43,714 nt of DNA from a virus (Duplodnaviria > Caudoviricetes), in IMG/VR virus record IMGVR_UViG_3300033067_001172, positions 1 through 43,714 of that record, one strand, 5' to 3'. A program made the position numbers and the translations under genes. Below the pieces are notes generated by a model, which saw only the letters and a program-made list of their open reading frames with translations, was not told the origin of the DNA and ran no database searches. Below are positions 8,071 through 17,249 of the stretch, one piece after another (the stretch's first letter is position 1; each line of letters starts with the position of its first letter).

Positions 8071-9114
8071 ATGATAATTTCGCCTGACTTAGGTCAGACT
8101 TCACTCGACATCGAGAAGGGTCCGACAAAGGAAATGCTTTCCGTTCGCTCTGACAGCGTGGGAAAGTATTACGTCCGCATTAATTCATCCTCACTGTCTG
8201 TAATCCAGACGTGCGCCCGCAAATCTCAGTACGCACTCAGTTGGGGCCTTAAGTCTAAAACGCAGTCACCTGCTACGCTTTTTGGTTCTGCAATTCATAA
8301 AGCTCTCGAATGCTTCTATTCGCTGCCTAGGGAGATGCGAATTCTCCCGCGTGATTTCGCTAAGCAGACGGATTTGCTAATTCCGCAGGGTGCAGAAGCG
8401 GCGAAGCTCGCAGCGTCTCACCCACTTTATGCATGCATAGACGCATTTTTATGCAAAGCACTTCCGCTCCGCGTCCTGCCCGACTCCGACAAACGGAGCC
8501 TCAGCGCGGGAGTGTGGAGTCTCACGCATTACTTTACGACTTACGTTGATGACCCTTTCGTTGTGAGGACGGACGCTTCAGGTCCGATTACGGAGCGATT
8601 CTGCGAAGCTGTCCTACATGACTCAGACGAACTTCAAATTACTTACTTCGGCACGATCGACTGCGTCTTAGAGAACTCACACAGCGGCGTCGTGCTTCCG
8701 TGCGATCATAAGACGACTTCGATTCTCGGCTCGGATTTCTACACGAGGCTCAATCCGAACGCGCAGTACTCGGGCTACATCTTCCTCGCTCAGCAGTGCC
8801 TCGGCATTGAGACTGACTCCTTCCTAGTGAATGCACTCCAAGTTAAGCCGCGTCCGACGACTGCGCGGGGAACTCCTCCGAATTTCGTACGTCAGGTAAC
8901 TAAACGCACCCCAGACGACATTGCCGAATTCAAAGAGTCAGTTGTTCATTCCGTACGAAGCTACCTTAGCTCACTTATAAATAATACTTGGCCGCTCGGG
9001 GACGTAAATGCTTGTTCTATGTATGGAGGTTGTACATTCCATAATATTTGTTCCGCGCCCCGCAGTTTACGTAGTGACGTAATTTCAGCAACCTACGAGG
9101 TAACTCAAGCATGA
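8071..9114 (+). CDS. PD-(D/E)xK exonuclease, Cas4/AddB-like
   Basis: FGSAIHKALE, GTID...DHKTT, Q-x-x-x-Y; one N-terminal Cys plus C-terminal C-x5-C-x5-C (Fe-S ligand pattern). Confidence 0.85.
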   Translation: MIISPDLGQTSLDIEKGPTKEMLSVRSDSVGKYYVRINSSSLSVIQTCARKSQYALSWGLKSKTQSPATLFGSAIHKALECFYSLPREMRILPRDFAKQTDLLIPQGAEAAKLAASHPLYACIDAFLCKALPLRVLPDSDKRSLSAGVWSLTHYFTTYVDDPFVVRTDASGPITERFCEAVLHDSDELQITYFGTIDCVLENSHSGVVLPCDHKTTSILGSDFYTRLNPNAQYSGYIFLAQQCLGIETDSFLVNALQVKPRPTTARGTPPNFVRQVTKRTPDDIAEFKESVVHSVRSYLSSLINNTWPLGDVNACSMYGGCTFHNICSAPRSLRSDVISATYEVTQA

Positions 9115-9845
9115 AACTCAGTGAAGTAAAAACACAAGGCAACCTTAAAATGCTCCTCCTCGGAGCACCCGGCTCAGGCAAGACCTGCTTCGCAGCTTCG
9201 CTCCCTTATCCGATGCTCTACCTTGACTTCGACAACAAGGTCGATTCGGCAGCATTATTCCACAAGAATGATCCAGAACGCCTCGAAGGAATCGACGTTC
9301 GAAAACTAAGTAAGGGTCTAGCGACGAATCCAATTGCAGAACTCGAAAAGATCATCCGCGAAGAGCTCATCCCGCAGGAGAAGTCGGGTGGAATGAAATT
9401 TAAGACAATCGTACTTGATTCAATTACGACGTTCTCCTCGACGACACTTAAACATATTGTTGATAGCAATCCGGGAATTACCAGACCTGCATTCGCTCAA
9501 GGTAAACAGCCCGGACTTCAAGATTTCGGAATTCTTAAACGCGAATTTATAAGGCTCATTCCGGGACTTCTCGACCTTCCCTGTAACGTCGTAATGTGCG
9601 CTCACGTTGAAACCTTCAAGGATGCGAATTCGGGAGTAATTATTCGCTCCCCGATGATGGACGGAAGTTTCAGCGAAATGCTCCCTGTATACTTCAAGGA
9701 AGTCTGGCACTGTCACGTTACGGATAAGGGTGAGTTTCTTGCGCAGACGAAAGCAGATACGAAATTCTCGTGCCTCAGGAGTCAGATTCCGGGGCTTCCG
9801 AATCCCCTTCCGCTTAAGTACGCAGAGTTAACTAAATTTATTTAA
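9111..9845 (+). CDS. AAA_24/Sak4-like P-loop ATPase
   Basis: Walker A GAPGSGKT, Walker B IVLDSIT, VVMCAH; lies between a nuclease and an SSB-like gene. Confidence 0.85.
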   Translation: MKLSEVKTQGNLKMLLLGAPGSGKTCFAASLPYPMLYLDFDNKVDSAALFHKNDPERLEGIDVRKLSKGLATNPIAELEKIIREELIPQEKSGGMKFKTIVLDSITTFSSTTLKHIVDSNPGITRPAFAQGKQPGLQDFGILKREFIRLIPGLLDLPCNVVMCAHVETFKDANSGVIIRSPMMDGSFSEMLPVYFKEVWHCHVTDKGEFLAQTKADTKFSCLRSQIPGLPNPLPLKYAELTKFI

Positions 9846-9888
9846 CAAAACCAGTCCTCACGAGGGACATAAACCAAGGAGTAAACAA

Positions 9889-10278
9889 ATGGCATTAATA
9901 ACACCTGACTTCTCAGAAGTAGCTGAGTCAGTAGGTCCAGGCACTTACAAGTGTCGCGTAGTGGACGCAAAGTTCGACGAATGGGGCGCGAAGGGCGATA
10001 AGCCTGCGACTCCCTATATCAACTGGAGTCTCGAGACGTTCGACGAAGCGGAGTCGCGCAATAACGGACGCCGTATCTTTCACAAGACGCCACTTCGCGG
10101 AGGCGGAGCTTTCCGCCTTCAGCAGTTCTACACTGCCGCGATGAAACAGCCGCTCAAGGGCGAGTTTGACACCGAGATGCTTTATGGTAAGGAACTCCTA
10201 GTGACTGTCGTCGACGGCACTACGAAGGACGGAAGTCCCTCAGGCTACACTGAAGTCAAAGCAGTTAAGTCACTCTAA
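9889..10278 (+). CDS. DUF669-like single-stranded DNA-binding protein
   Basis: DFSEV...PGTYKCRVVD...GRRIF OB-fold pattern; typical position after Sak4; AAGGAG RBS. Confidence 0.7.
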   Translation: MALITPDFSEVAESVGPGTYKCRVVDAKFDEWGAKGDKPATPYINWSLETFDEAESRNNGRRIFHKTPLRGGGAFRLQQFYTAAMKQPLKGEFDTEMLYGKELLVTVVDGTTKDGSPSGYTEVKAVKSL

Positions 10279-10290
10279 ATTAATTCCCAA

Positions 10291-10354
10291 ACACTCCCCC
10301 CTCTTACGGTTACACCTAAAGAGTTGTCACCCTAGAAGTAAGTCGGGGGAGTGT
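10291..10354 (+). promoter_or_regulatory. Long hairpin upstream of the DNA polymerase gene
   Basis: ACACTCCCCC/GGGGGAGTGT 10-bp stem, 2x2 internal loop, CTTAC/GTAAG stem. Confidence 0.55.
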
Positions 10355-10384
10355 ACTTTCTCTCGCATCTAAAGGTTCAGCAGC

Positions 10385-12670
10385 ATGAGTTCCACCCGCG
10401 TAGCATTCGTAATCGATAGAGTCCGCCCTTCGGCAAAAGCTGAAGGTAAGATTGTATGGGGCTGGGACTACACCCTTCTCACTGATAAGGCCAGGCGTGC
10501 GGGAATCCGCGAGGACTTCTTAACGTTCGAAATTGCAGGCCCGGACCTCCACACGAGACTCAACGCTTACCCGAACTTGCGCGTAATCGTCCCCCTCGAG
10601 GAGCGCGCCCTCGCGGAAGTTACAGGCCTTCGTTCGATCGATAAGTGGCAACTAAGTCCCCTCGATACAATTAGTTCCTTCACCTGCCGTAAGGCAATTC
10701 CGACGTATCATCCGGACCGCGTCCGTAAGGACATGGGACTCAACCTCCTCGTTGAGTTAGCACTTAAACGTGTTCGTGAGGAGTGCGACACGTTAGAGTA
10801 CGCACGTAAACCATACAGATTTAAATTCAATCCCACACTTACGGAGGCGCATGAAATTCTTAACCACCTTAAAACACTTACTGCTAAGGATTGGCTCTCC
10901 GTTGACATCGAGACAGGACGCGGACAGATCAACACAGTTGGCTTCGCCTGGACACCCTCAGATGCAGTTGCGCTCGGAGTGCTTCCCGATCGTTGCGGCG
11001 CGGAAGAGTACTACAAGCTTTGGTCGAGCATTGGAGATGTATTATGCGGACCAAGTCGAAAGGTCATGCAGAACGGGATTTACGAGGTTCTTTATTTCGC
11101 AAGATACGGACTGAATCTCGCAAACTTCAGTCACGACACTATGCTCGCGCAACGGCTCCTGTGGCCTGAGTTCGAGAAGGGCCTTGCGAACGTAGGCCGT
11201 TTCTACACGAAGGAACCTTACTGGAAAGACTCAGGTAAAATCGAGGCGAGTGAGTCGGGGAAACGAGACTGGGGGGCGATTCGTGACTGGACCGCGCACT
11301 ACGATTATAATTGCCGCGACACATCAAATACTCTCGAAGCGTGCCTCGCGCAGCGTGCGGACCTCGAAGCTCGGGGAATTCTCAGCTTCTACGACGAGAA
11401 AGTAATTCCAGTCGCGCGGCTTACGCAGGAGATGTGCCTGCGGGGACTTCCGATCTGCGCGGAGACTAAACTGAAACTTACGACCGAGTACGAAGCGAAG
11501 TGCCTCGAACTCGTATCAGGGCTCAGCGTCCCACCGAAACGCGCGAAGAAGCAAATCTCACTCGTTACGCGGACGCAGAAACTCGACCTCCTCAAATCGA
11601 AAGGTTACGCGATCCCTAAGACTAAAGACAAAGAAACGGGCGCAATGAAAGAGTCCGTCGACGAGAAGTCGATTAAGAAGCTCCGAATTAAGTACCCGAA
11701 CGATCCGGATCTTCCGCGCTTCCTCGCTCTCGCTGAGTACGAGAAAGCTCTCTCTTCGTACCTTCGCGCCGAGACTGACCCACTTGACGGGAACGTACGC
11801 TTCGCACTCGACCCCCTCAGTACAGAGACGATGCGAATGTCCTGCTCCCTCGATCCCTGGAGTCGCGGCTTCAACGCGCAGACAATGAATAAGGTCGCGA
11901 AGAAAATGATCCGCAGTCCGGACCGTATCTTCGTGCAAGTCGACCTTAAGCAGGCCGAGTCTCGCTTCGTCGCGTATGACTCGGGCGATCTCGGACTCAT
12001 TCAGTGCCTCGAAGATCCGAAACGTGACATTCACTCCGAGGTCGCAGCGGAGATCTTCGGCTGCTCGATTGAGCAGGTCCGGGCAGAGCGCAAAACCGGT
12101 GATTCAAGTAAGCGTCAACTCGGTAAGAAGTCAGGGCATGGAGCGAATTACGGCATGTCTGACGCTACGTTCGTCGAGTCCTGCCTGAAGGAGCTCGATC
12201 TCGTAATTACGCGGGACTTCGCACATAAGGTCCTCGAAGCCTACCACGTACTCTTTCCAGGTATCCGCCAATGGCACGCAGCAATCCGCAAAGAACTTTG
12301 GAACACTCGGAAACTCACAAGTCCCTTCGGTCCTGTTCGTTACTTCTACGGGCGTATGGAGGATAATACGTTCAGGCAGGCTTACGCGTACCGTCCGCAG
12401 AGTACAATTCCTTGGGTCGTAAATGAGCTGCTCCTGAGTCTCAGTGCAAAGCGCGAACGCGGGGAGCTCAGCTTCTGGGCACACCTTCAGTGTCACGATT
12501 CGCTGACGCTTTCGTGCGCGAACGCCGAGGAAGCGCACTCAGTGATTGAATTTTGTTTAAGTACCGAACTCTGGCATCCAGAGATCAAACTAAAGGCTGG
12601 GAAGTTAGTCATTCCCGTTTCAGCAGAAACAGGCACCTGCCTGGGGAGTCTCACAGAATGGAAGAACTAG
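10385..12670 (+). CDS. Family A DNA polymerase with degenerate UDG-like N-terminal domain and 3'-5' exonuclease
   Basis: PTYHP UDG-like motif; Exo VDIET, QNGIYE, YNCRD; motif A DLKQAESR, B RQLGKKSGHGANYG, C QCHDSL. Confidence 0.93.
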   Translation: MSSTRVAFVIDRVRPSAKAEGKIVWGWDYTLLTDKARRAGIREDFLTFEIAGPDLHTRLNAYPNLRVIVPLEERALAEVTGLRSIDKWQLSPLDTISSFTCRKAIPTYHPDRVRKDMGLNLLVELALKRVREECDTLEYARKPYRFKFNPTLTEAHEILNHLKTLTAKDWLSVDIETGRGQINTVGFAWTPSDAVALGVLPDRCGAEEYYKLWSSIGDVLCGPSRKVMQNGIYEVLYFARYGLNLANFSHDTMLAQRLLWPEFEKGLANVGRFYTKEPYWKDSGKIEASESGKRDWGAIRDWTAHYDYNCRDTSNTLEACLAQRADLEARGILSFYDEKVIPVARLTQEMCLRGLPICAETKLKLTTEYEAKCLELVSGLSVPPKRAKKQISLVTRTQKLDLLKSKGYAIPKTKDKETGAMKESVDEKSIKKLRIKYPNDPDLPRFLALAEYEKALSSYLRAETDPLDGNVRFALDPLSTETMRMSCSLDPWSRGFNAQTMNKVAKKMIRSPDRIFVQVDLKQAESRFVAYDSGDLGLIQCLEDPKRDIHSEVAAEIFGCSIEQVRAERKTGDSSKRQLGKKSGHGANYGMSDATFVESCLKELDLVITRDFAHKVLEAYHVLFPGIRQWHAAIRKELWNTRKLTSPFGPVRYFYGRMEDNTFRQAYAYRPQSTIPWVVNELLLSLSAKRERGELSFWAHLQCHDSLTLSCANAEEAHSVIEFCLSTELWHPEIKLKAGKLVIPVSAETGTCLGSLTEWKN

Positions 12671-12873
12671 ACCGTTCAATTCAGGACCTTGCAGTCAAAG
12701 AGGCGATCCGCAGGGCGACTTCAGAAGTAATAAATAACGAACGTGAAGCAATCATGAAAGCCGCAAGGCGAATGCTTCCGAGTATCATCGAAGAGTTAGC
12801 GCAGCACCAGCAAGCATCAAGCACCGAAGGGGTCATCGAGGATGAGTCAGCAGGAAGTACCGCAGAAGCGTAG
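12658..12873 (+). CDS. Hypothetical helical protein
   Basis: ATG 12658 with GGGGAG RBS; bridges the pol and ATPase genes. Confidence 0.6.
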   Translation: MEELDRSIQDLAVKEAIRRATSEVINNEREAIMKAARRMLPSIIEELAQHQQASSTEGVIEDESAGSTAEA

Positions 12874-14098
12874 CACTTTCATAACTGAATACATGAAGTG
12901 GGCCGATACAGGACACGCTCCAAGTAAGTTTCACCTTTGGGCCTGCCTCTCTGCGATTGCGGCGTGCCTTGAGAGGAAAGTGTGGCTCTCCTTTAACGGT
13001 GGAAAGTGGCGCTGCTTTCCGAACCTTTACGTATTCTGCGTTTCGCATCCGGGAATCGGGAAGTCTTCTGCGATCGACCGGGCGAAAAATTGCATGATCG
13101 ACCTGCGCAGCGAGGAACTGGGCGACGTAGTCCTCATTCCGAACACACTCTCAGTTTCAGCACTCGTCGAAGCTATGAGTAAATCAACGAAGTCTCAGTT
13201 CTCCGGAACTCGCGTCGTATTCGAGCAGTCCGCAGCTTACTTCGTCGGCGGTGAGGGAAGTGAATCACTCTCCTCGATTCACGTTGGGGGCGAACTTACG
13301 AATTGCCTCACCTCACTTTATGACTGCCAGGAGCACTGGGAACGCAGTACGCGAGCGCACGGAAGTGAAGTCATCCGTAAGGGCTGCTTTAATATGCTCA
13401 TGGGGACAACGTTCGCCTTCCTCGGGGACCTCTTAAATGGCTCAGCCATTATGGGGGGATTCGCCTCACGTGGAACTTACGTAATCTTCGACGAGAAGTT
13501 CATCCGACCGTCCGACGGACTGAGGTTAGGCAAGGTTCCAACGGGGTTGACAGAATCCTATACGAAAGCTCCGCGCTACATCCTCGAGGGATTCTCCCGA
13601 ATTCACAAGCTCCAGGGCGGATTCGAATGCTCTGACGAATTCATTGCTGCGTACGAAAAGTGGAGCCCGGAAGCCCAGGAGCGCAGACAAGCAAATCCGA
13701 GTGAGAAAATGCAGGCGCTCCTCGTGCGCCAGGAACCTCTCATTCTCAAACTCGCTATGATTCTGAGTGCTGCGGAATCCTCTGACCTCATCCTGCGTAA
13801 GCATCACTGGGACGGAGCTCTCTTGCTTGCTGAGGAATGTGAAGCCGGACTCCCTAAGATGTTACGAGGACTCAGTAACGACACTAACAGCCAGAAGGAC
13901 CTCGTGCAGACTCTCTTCGGCTGCTTCGAGAAAGTTGGGGATCTGCGAAATCAAAATGACGTCGGTAAGGTACTTATTGCTCACGGATTCGAGCCGCACC
14001 GTTACGAGCACACGATACGGATGATGCTGAATTCAAAGATGCTAGCTCTGCAGGGACCGAATTTGCGACTTCTCATCGATCCGAATGAGCACCTCTAG
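12842..14098 (+). CDS. DUF3987-like P-loop ATPase, putative replicative helicase
   Basis: P..FH.W..LSAIAA.L.RKVW, PNLYV, Walker A PGIGKSS, GGFASR. Confidence 0.75.
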   Translation: MSQQEVPQKRSTFITEYMKWADTGHAPSKFHLWACLSAIAACLERKVWLSFNGGKWRCFPNLYVFCVSHPGIGKSSAIDRAKNCMIDLRSEELGDVVLIPNTLSVSALVEAMSKSTKSQFSGTRVVFEQSAAYFVGGEGSESLSSIHVGGELTNCLTSLYDCQEHWERSTRAHGSEVIRKGCFNMLMGTTFAFLGDLLNGSAIMGGFASRGTYVIFDEKFIRPSDGLRLGKVPTGLTESYTKAPRYILEGFSRIHKLQGGFECSDEFIAAYEKWSPEAQERRQANPSEKMQALLVRQEPLILKLAMILSAAESSDLILRKHHWDGALLLAEECEAGLPKMLRGLSNDTNSQKDLVQTLFGCFEKVGDLRNQNDVGKVLIAHGFEPHRYEHTIRMMLNSKMLALQGPNLRLLIDPNEHL

Positions 14099-14236
14099 TG
14101 CTCCGTCACTGGTAATTTCTACGCGCAGCGGGTAGCCCATTTGCGCGAGTGTTTCTTCAAGGTTCGCAAAATCGTACTGCACTTGCGTCGGAAGTTTGTG
14201 GAATTCGGTTTGTGCCTCTTCATCTTCGAAGATCAT
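14042..14236 (-). CDS. Hypothetical protein, last gene of the virion operon
   Basis: ATGA overlap with the upstream gene; 57-nt convergent overlap with the ATPase gene. Confidence 0.55.
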   Translation of the reverse strand: MIFEDEEAQTEFHKLPTQVQYDFANLEETLAQMGYPLRVEITSDGALEVLIRIDEKSQIRSLQS

Positions 14237-15717
14237 TCTGCTTCTTCCTCGATTAGTAGTGGTGTTGGAGGGGGAGCCGCTTGTCGGGCGAGTGCTCTCC
14301 GTGTAAGAGCGTCAACGAAGCCACTTTCACCCGCTCGCATAAGTGCCTTACCTACTGCACGTTTAGCGTAAGGAGTTTGTGCGAATTCCATAGCCTTACG
14401 TGCAATTGCGGGAGCAACATTCCCCGAGGCAACTGCGATAGCGTCAATTTGAGCACCAAGTGCGCTGCTCCGACCCTCAATTAAAGCTTGTTTAGCTAAG
14501 GGGCCTTGAGCTTCTATAATAGGACCCCAAACTTCATTCAATTTATCAATTGACTTACCAAGTCCGCGTTCCCCAACTTCGCCTGCCCGAACAATAGAAC
14601 GTCTCATGTCATCAGCGAGTGCGTTCTTAAATTGATCCGCAATTCCTACGACTCGGTTATTTTGAAAAGCTGACTTAGGAAGTCCGTGGTAGAGCTGTGT
14701 TTTAAATGCAGAGACGTCAGAAAGCTTCGCTACTCCTCGATCCTTATAAGAATTAAGTAAATCATAGAGGTCGCCAACAAGGGGGGCAGTCGCAGGATCT
14801 GCTTGAGTCATCCATTTATTAAGGAGTGCTTCTGAACGTCCGAAGGTTCCGGACTTCTTCAAGTCAATCGTAACTCCAAGTTGGTCTGCATAATCATAGA
14901 ATCCTTGACGAATGTTTCCCATGTCTACGCTGAGACGTTCGGCAGCTTCTTGCACTGCTTTCGCTCCTACAGGAGCACCCTCCTTGATTAGTTGCTTAGC
15001 TACGCCACGCGCACGTTCTTGCCCGATTTTCTCACCTAACTTACTAAAACTGCGCTTGTAGGCTTCCTCGCCTAAGGTGTTCGCGACAGTACCTCCGGGA
15101 TTCGCTAGGACTGCAGTTATGCGGTCGAGGATCGGACTGGGTTTACGCAGAAACTTAGTCATTATTGGAGTAGTCTTAGTTAGTTTAGCCAACGCAGTGA
15201 ATGGGTCAGTAGCCAAGTCAGCTGCAAATCCCGAAACGTCACGCTGCGAAACTCGACCTAACTTAGGAAGGTTTATAGATATTCCCTCTTCAACTCCAGC
15301 ACGTTCCATGTACTGGGCTGAAGTAGGAGCTTCACCGATTAGGGCTTGCTGGAAATCCTCAACTGTACCTATTGGCTGTGCGGGAGGAGCTCCTAATGCG
15401 CCAGCGACAGCACCTGCACCTGCAGCTCCTGCAGTGCGAATCAGTCCTCCGCCGTAATCTGCGATTTTGCCGGCAGTGCGAAGTGCGTCCGTACTGACTT
15501 CAGTTGCAGTAGGCATTTGCATTTGAGGTCTGCCCCGTTGATTTAGCGCCGAAATTAACTCTGACATGTCATCTTGTGCGGGCACTGCTGCATTCCCAGG
15601 GTTCATCCCCTCAAGGGCTGCTATCAAGTCAGCTTCCTCAGCGTTAACTCCGGGAGCGGTAAGTTGCTGAGGGCGAGCTCCGCCTGGCTTAGCGAGTTGC
15701 TTATTTGGTGAAGCCAT
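14233..15717 (-). CDS. Putative internal virion/DNA ejection protein
   Basis: A/G-rich, Cys-free, helical; TDP motif; end of a podovirus-type operon. Confidence 0.65.
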   Translation of the reverse strand: MASPNKQLAKPGGARPQQLTAPGVNAEEADLIAALEGMNPGNAAVPAQDDMSELISALNQRGRPQMQMPTATEVSTDALRTAGKIADYGGGLIRTAGAAGAGAVAGALGAPPAQPIGTVEDFQQALIGEAPTSAQYMERAGVEEGISINLPKLGRVSQRDVSGFAADLATDPFTALAKLTKTTPIMTKFLRKPSPILDRITAVLANPGGTVANTLGEEAYKRSFSKLGEKIGQERARGVAKQLIKEGAPVGAKAVQEAAERLSVDMGNIRQGFYDYADQLGVTIDLKKSGTFGRSEALLNKWMTQADPATAPLVGDLYDLLNSYKDRGVAKLSDVSAFKTQLYHGLPKSAFQNNRVVGIADQFKNALADDMRRSIVRAGEVGERGLGKSIDKLNEVWGPIIEAQGPLAKQALIEGRSSALGAQIDAIAVASGNVAPAIARKAMEFAQTPYAKRAVGKALMRAGESGFVDALTRRALARQAAPPPTPLLIEEEAE

Positions 15718-16952
15718 TACTTACCTCCGCCTAAGATCTTATCGATTTGCTCAGTGAATTTAGGCTGCTGTTCTTTTAAAGCTTCGAGTGCTTGACGTGA
15801 GTAAGATTTGCCCCCCAGGGAAAACACCTCTTTACTTCGAGCTTTTAAGCCTTCTGTAAAGTATTCTTGTTCGGTTGGAAGTCCTATAGCTTCTTCAGCC
15901 TGTTTCGAGCGCCCTTTAAAAGCTTCCATTTTAGGTAATCGTTCTCGAATAATTTTGAGTTCCTGATTACCCTTACGCAACTGTTCTGCGCGTGAAGCTT
16001 CAATGAATTTAATGAAACGTCCGACTTTCATTGGATTTGGATCCCCAGCAAGATCGAGTGCGAAATCTTCAATACGTCCAGCAATGCCTGACTGGCCCAT
16101 GACACGTTTAAGGTCTGTATCAGTCATGACGCCCTTAACGTCTAGGGCTCCGCGTGCGATTGACTCCGCAAGACCCTTAACTACGTCAGCATCTCCAGGT
16201 TGGGGTTTTCCTTCTTTAGCGCGTTTGTAAATGGGATCGAGCTGCTTCAGTAAGGTGTCATTGCGAGAAATTCCCGCCTTAATGGGTTCGAGTTTTTTGC
16301 TGACGTCATCACTAAGGGACAGTACGCGATCGTCAAACTTACTAGCCTCGAAACGCGCCTGCGTTCCTGACGCCTTCTGCTCCATCGCCTTATTCGCCGC
16401 AGCCTTCTCAGTCGTACTTGCGATTTCCTGAAAGAGTGACGCGGATTCCTCGGGGGACATTCCCGCGACAACTTCAGGCGTAAATCCAGCCTGTTTAAGT
16501 AGGACTTCTTGATTCGGGGCGATCTTACTGATATTCCATGGATCTGAGAAGATCTGATTAAACTGCACAGCATTCATCTTACCGTCGAGGATGAGCTGCC
16601 TCGCAGTCGCAATGCGGGCACGGTTCTCTTTGGACTTAAGTAGGAAATTGAGATGCTCCTTCGGAACTTCGAAGCCGAGCGAACCGAGCACACTCGGAGC
16701 CATCTTAATAATTCCGGCCTGCGCCTCCGGATCCTTAAATTCGTCAATCTTCTGTACGAAGTCGATCGCCTTAAATAGTTTAGCCTGCTGAAGTCGGTCA
16801 GCTTCCTGACTGTGCTGCTGCTTAGCTAATTGAAGGCGCTCAGCTTCTTGGGCAAGACCAATTCCCTTCGTTACGGCTTCAGGAAGTCCCTGACCCGCTC
16901 GTTGATTAGCTTCAAGAGTTGATGCCGTCAGCATTTCAGCTAAACTAGCCAC
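15717..16952 (-). CDS. Putative internal virion/DNA ejection protein
   Basis: A/Q/K/E-rich helical protein with GVMTDTD motif; operon position. Confidence 0.65.
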   Translation of the reverse strand: MASLAEMLTASTLEANQRAGQGLPEAVTKGIGLAQEAERLQLAKQQHSQEADRLQQAKLFKAIDFVQKIDEFKDPEAQAGIIKMAPSVLGSLGFEVPKEHLNFLLKSKENRARIATARQLILDGKMNAVQFNQIFSDPWNISKIAPNQEVLLKQAGFTPEVVAGMSPEESASLFQEIASTTEKAAANKAMEQKASGTQARFEASKFDDRVLSLSDDVSKKLEPIKAGISRNDTLLKQLDPIYKRAKEGKPQPGDADVVKGLAESIARGALDVKGVMTDTDLKRVMGQSGIAGRIEDFALDLAGDPNPMKVGRFIKFIEASRAEQLRKGNQELKIIRERLPKMEAFKGRSKQAEEAIGLPTEQEYFTEGLKARSKEVFSLGGKSYSRQALEALKEQQPKFTEQIDKILGGGK

Positions 16953-16955
16953 GAC

Positions 16956-17249
16956 TTACCTACCTTTTGGTTTATACTTAATTTGTTTAATTTGTGCGAT
17001 TCGGTGCTCCATCGCGAGTTCGGCATCGAATTCCTTAAGTAATCCAGTCACTCCGGGGAGTGCGCGGAAGTTAGGTCCGAATCTGGCTTTGAGTGCTCGC
17101 ACGAGCCTGTGACGTCCAACGGAATCCTTCGGCAGCTCAGGGTGTGCGTCTCCGAGTATTTCCGGGAGGTCCGAGAGTTGAAGACCGCGACGTTTGGCCG
17201 TCTCCCCGGTCTTGCCCATGATCTCTGCGAGACTCACTTTGCGGCTCAT
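16956..17249 (-). CDS. Hypothetical protein
   Basis: Translationally coupled within the virion operon. Confidence 0.7.
   Translation of the reverse strand: MSRKVSLAEIMGKTGETAKRRGLQLSDLPEILGDAHPELPKDSVGRHRLVRALKARFGPNFRALPGVTGLLKEFDAELAMEHRIAQIKQIKYKPKGR

Noticed and set aside
8071-9114. CRISPR-associated Cas4 or a CRISPR locus
   Set aside because: No repeat-spacer array or other cas genes seen; the context is a phage recombination module.
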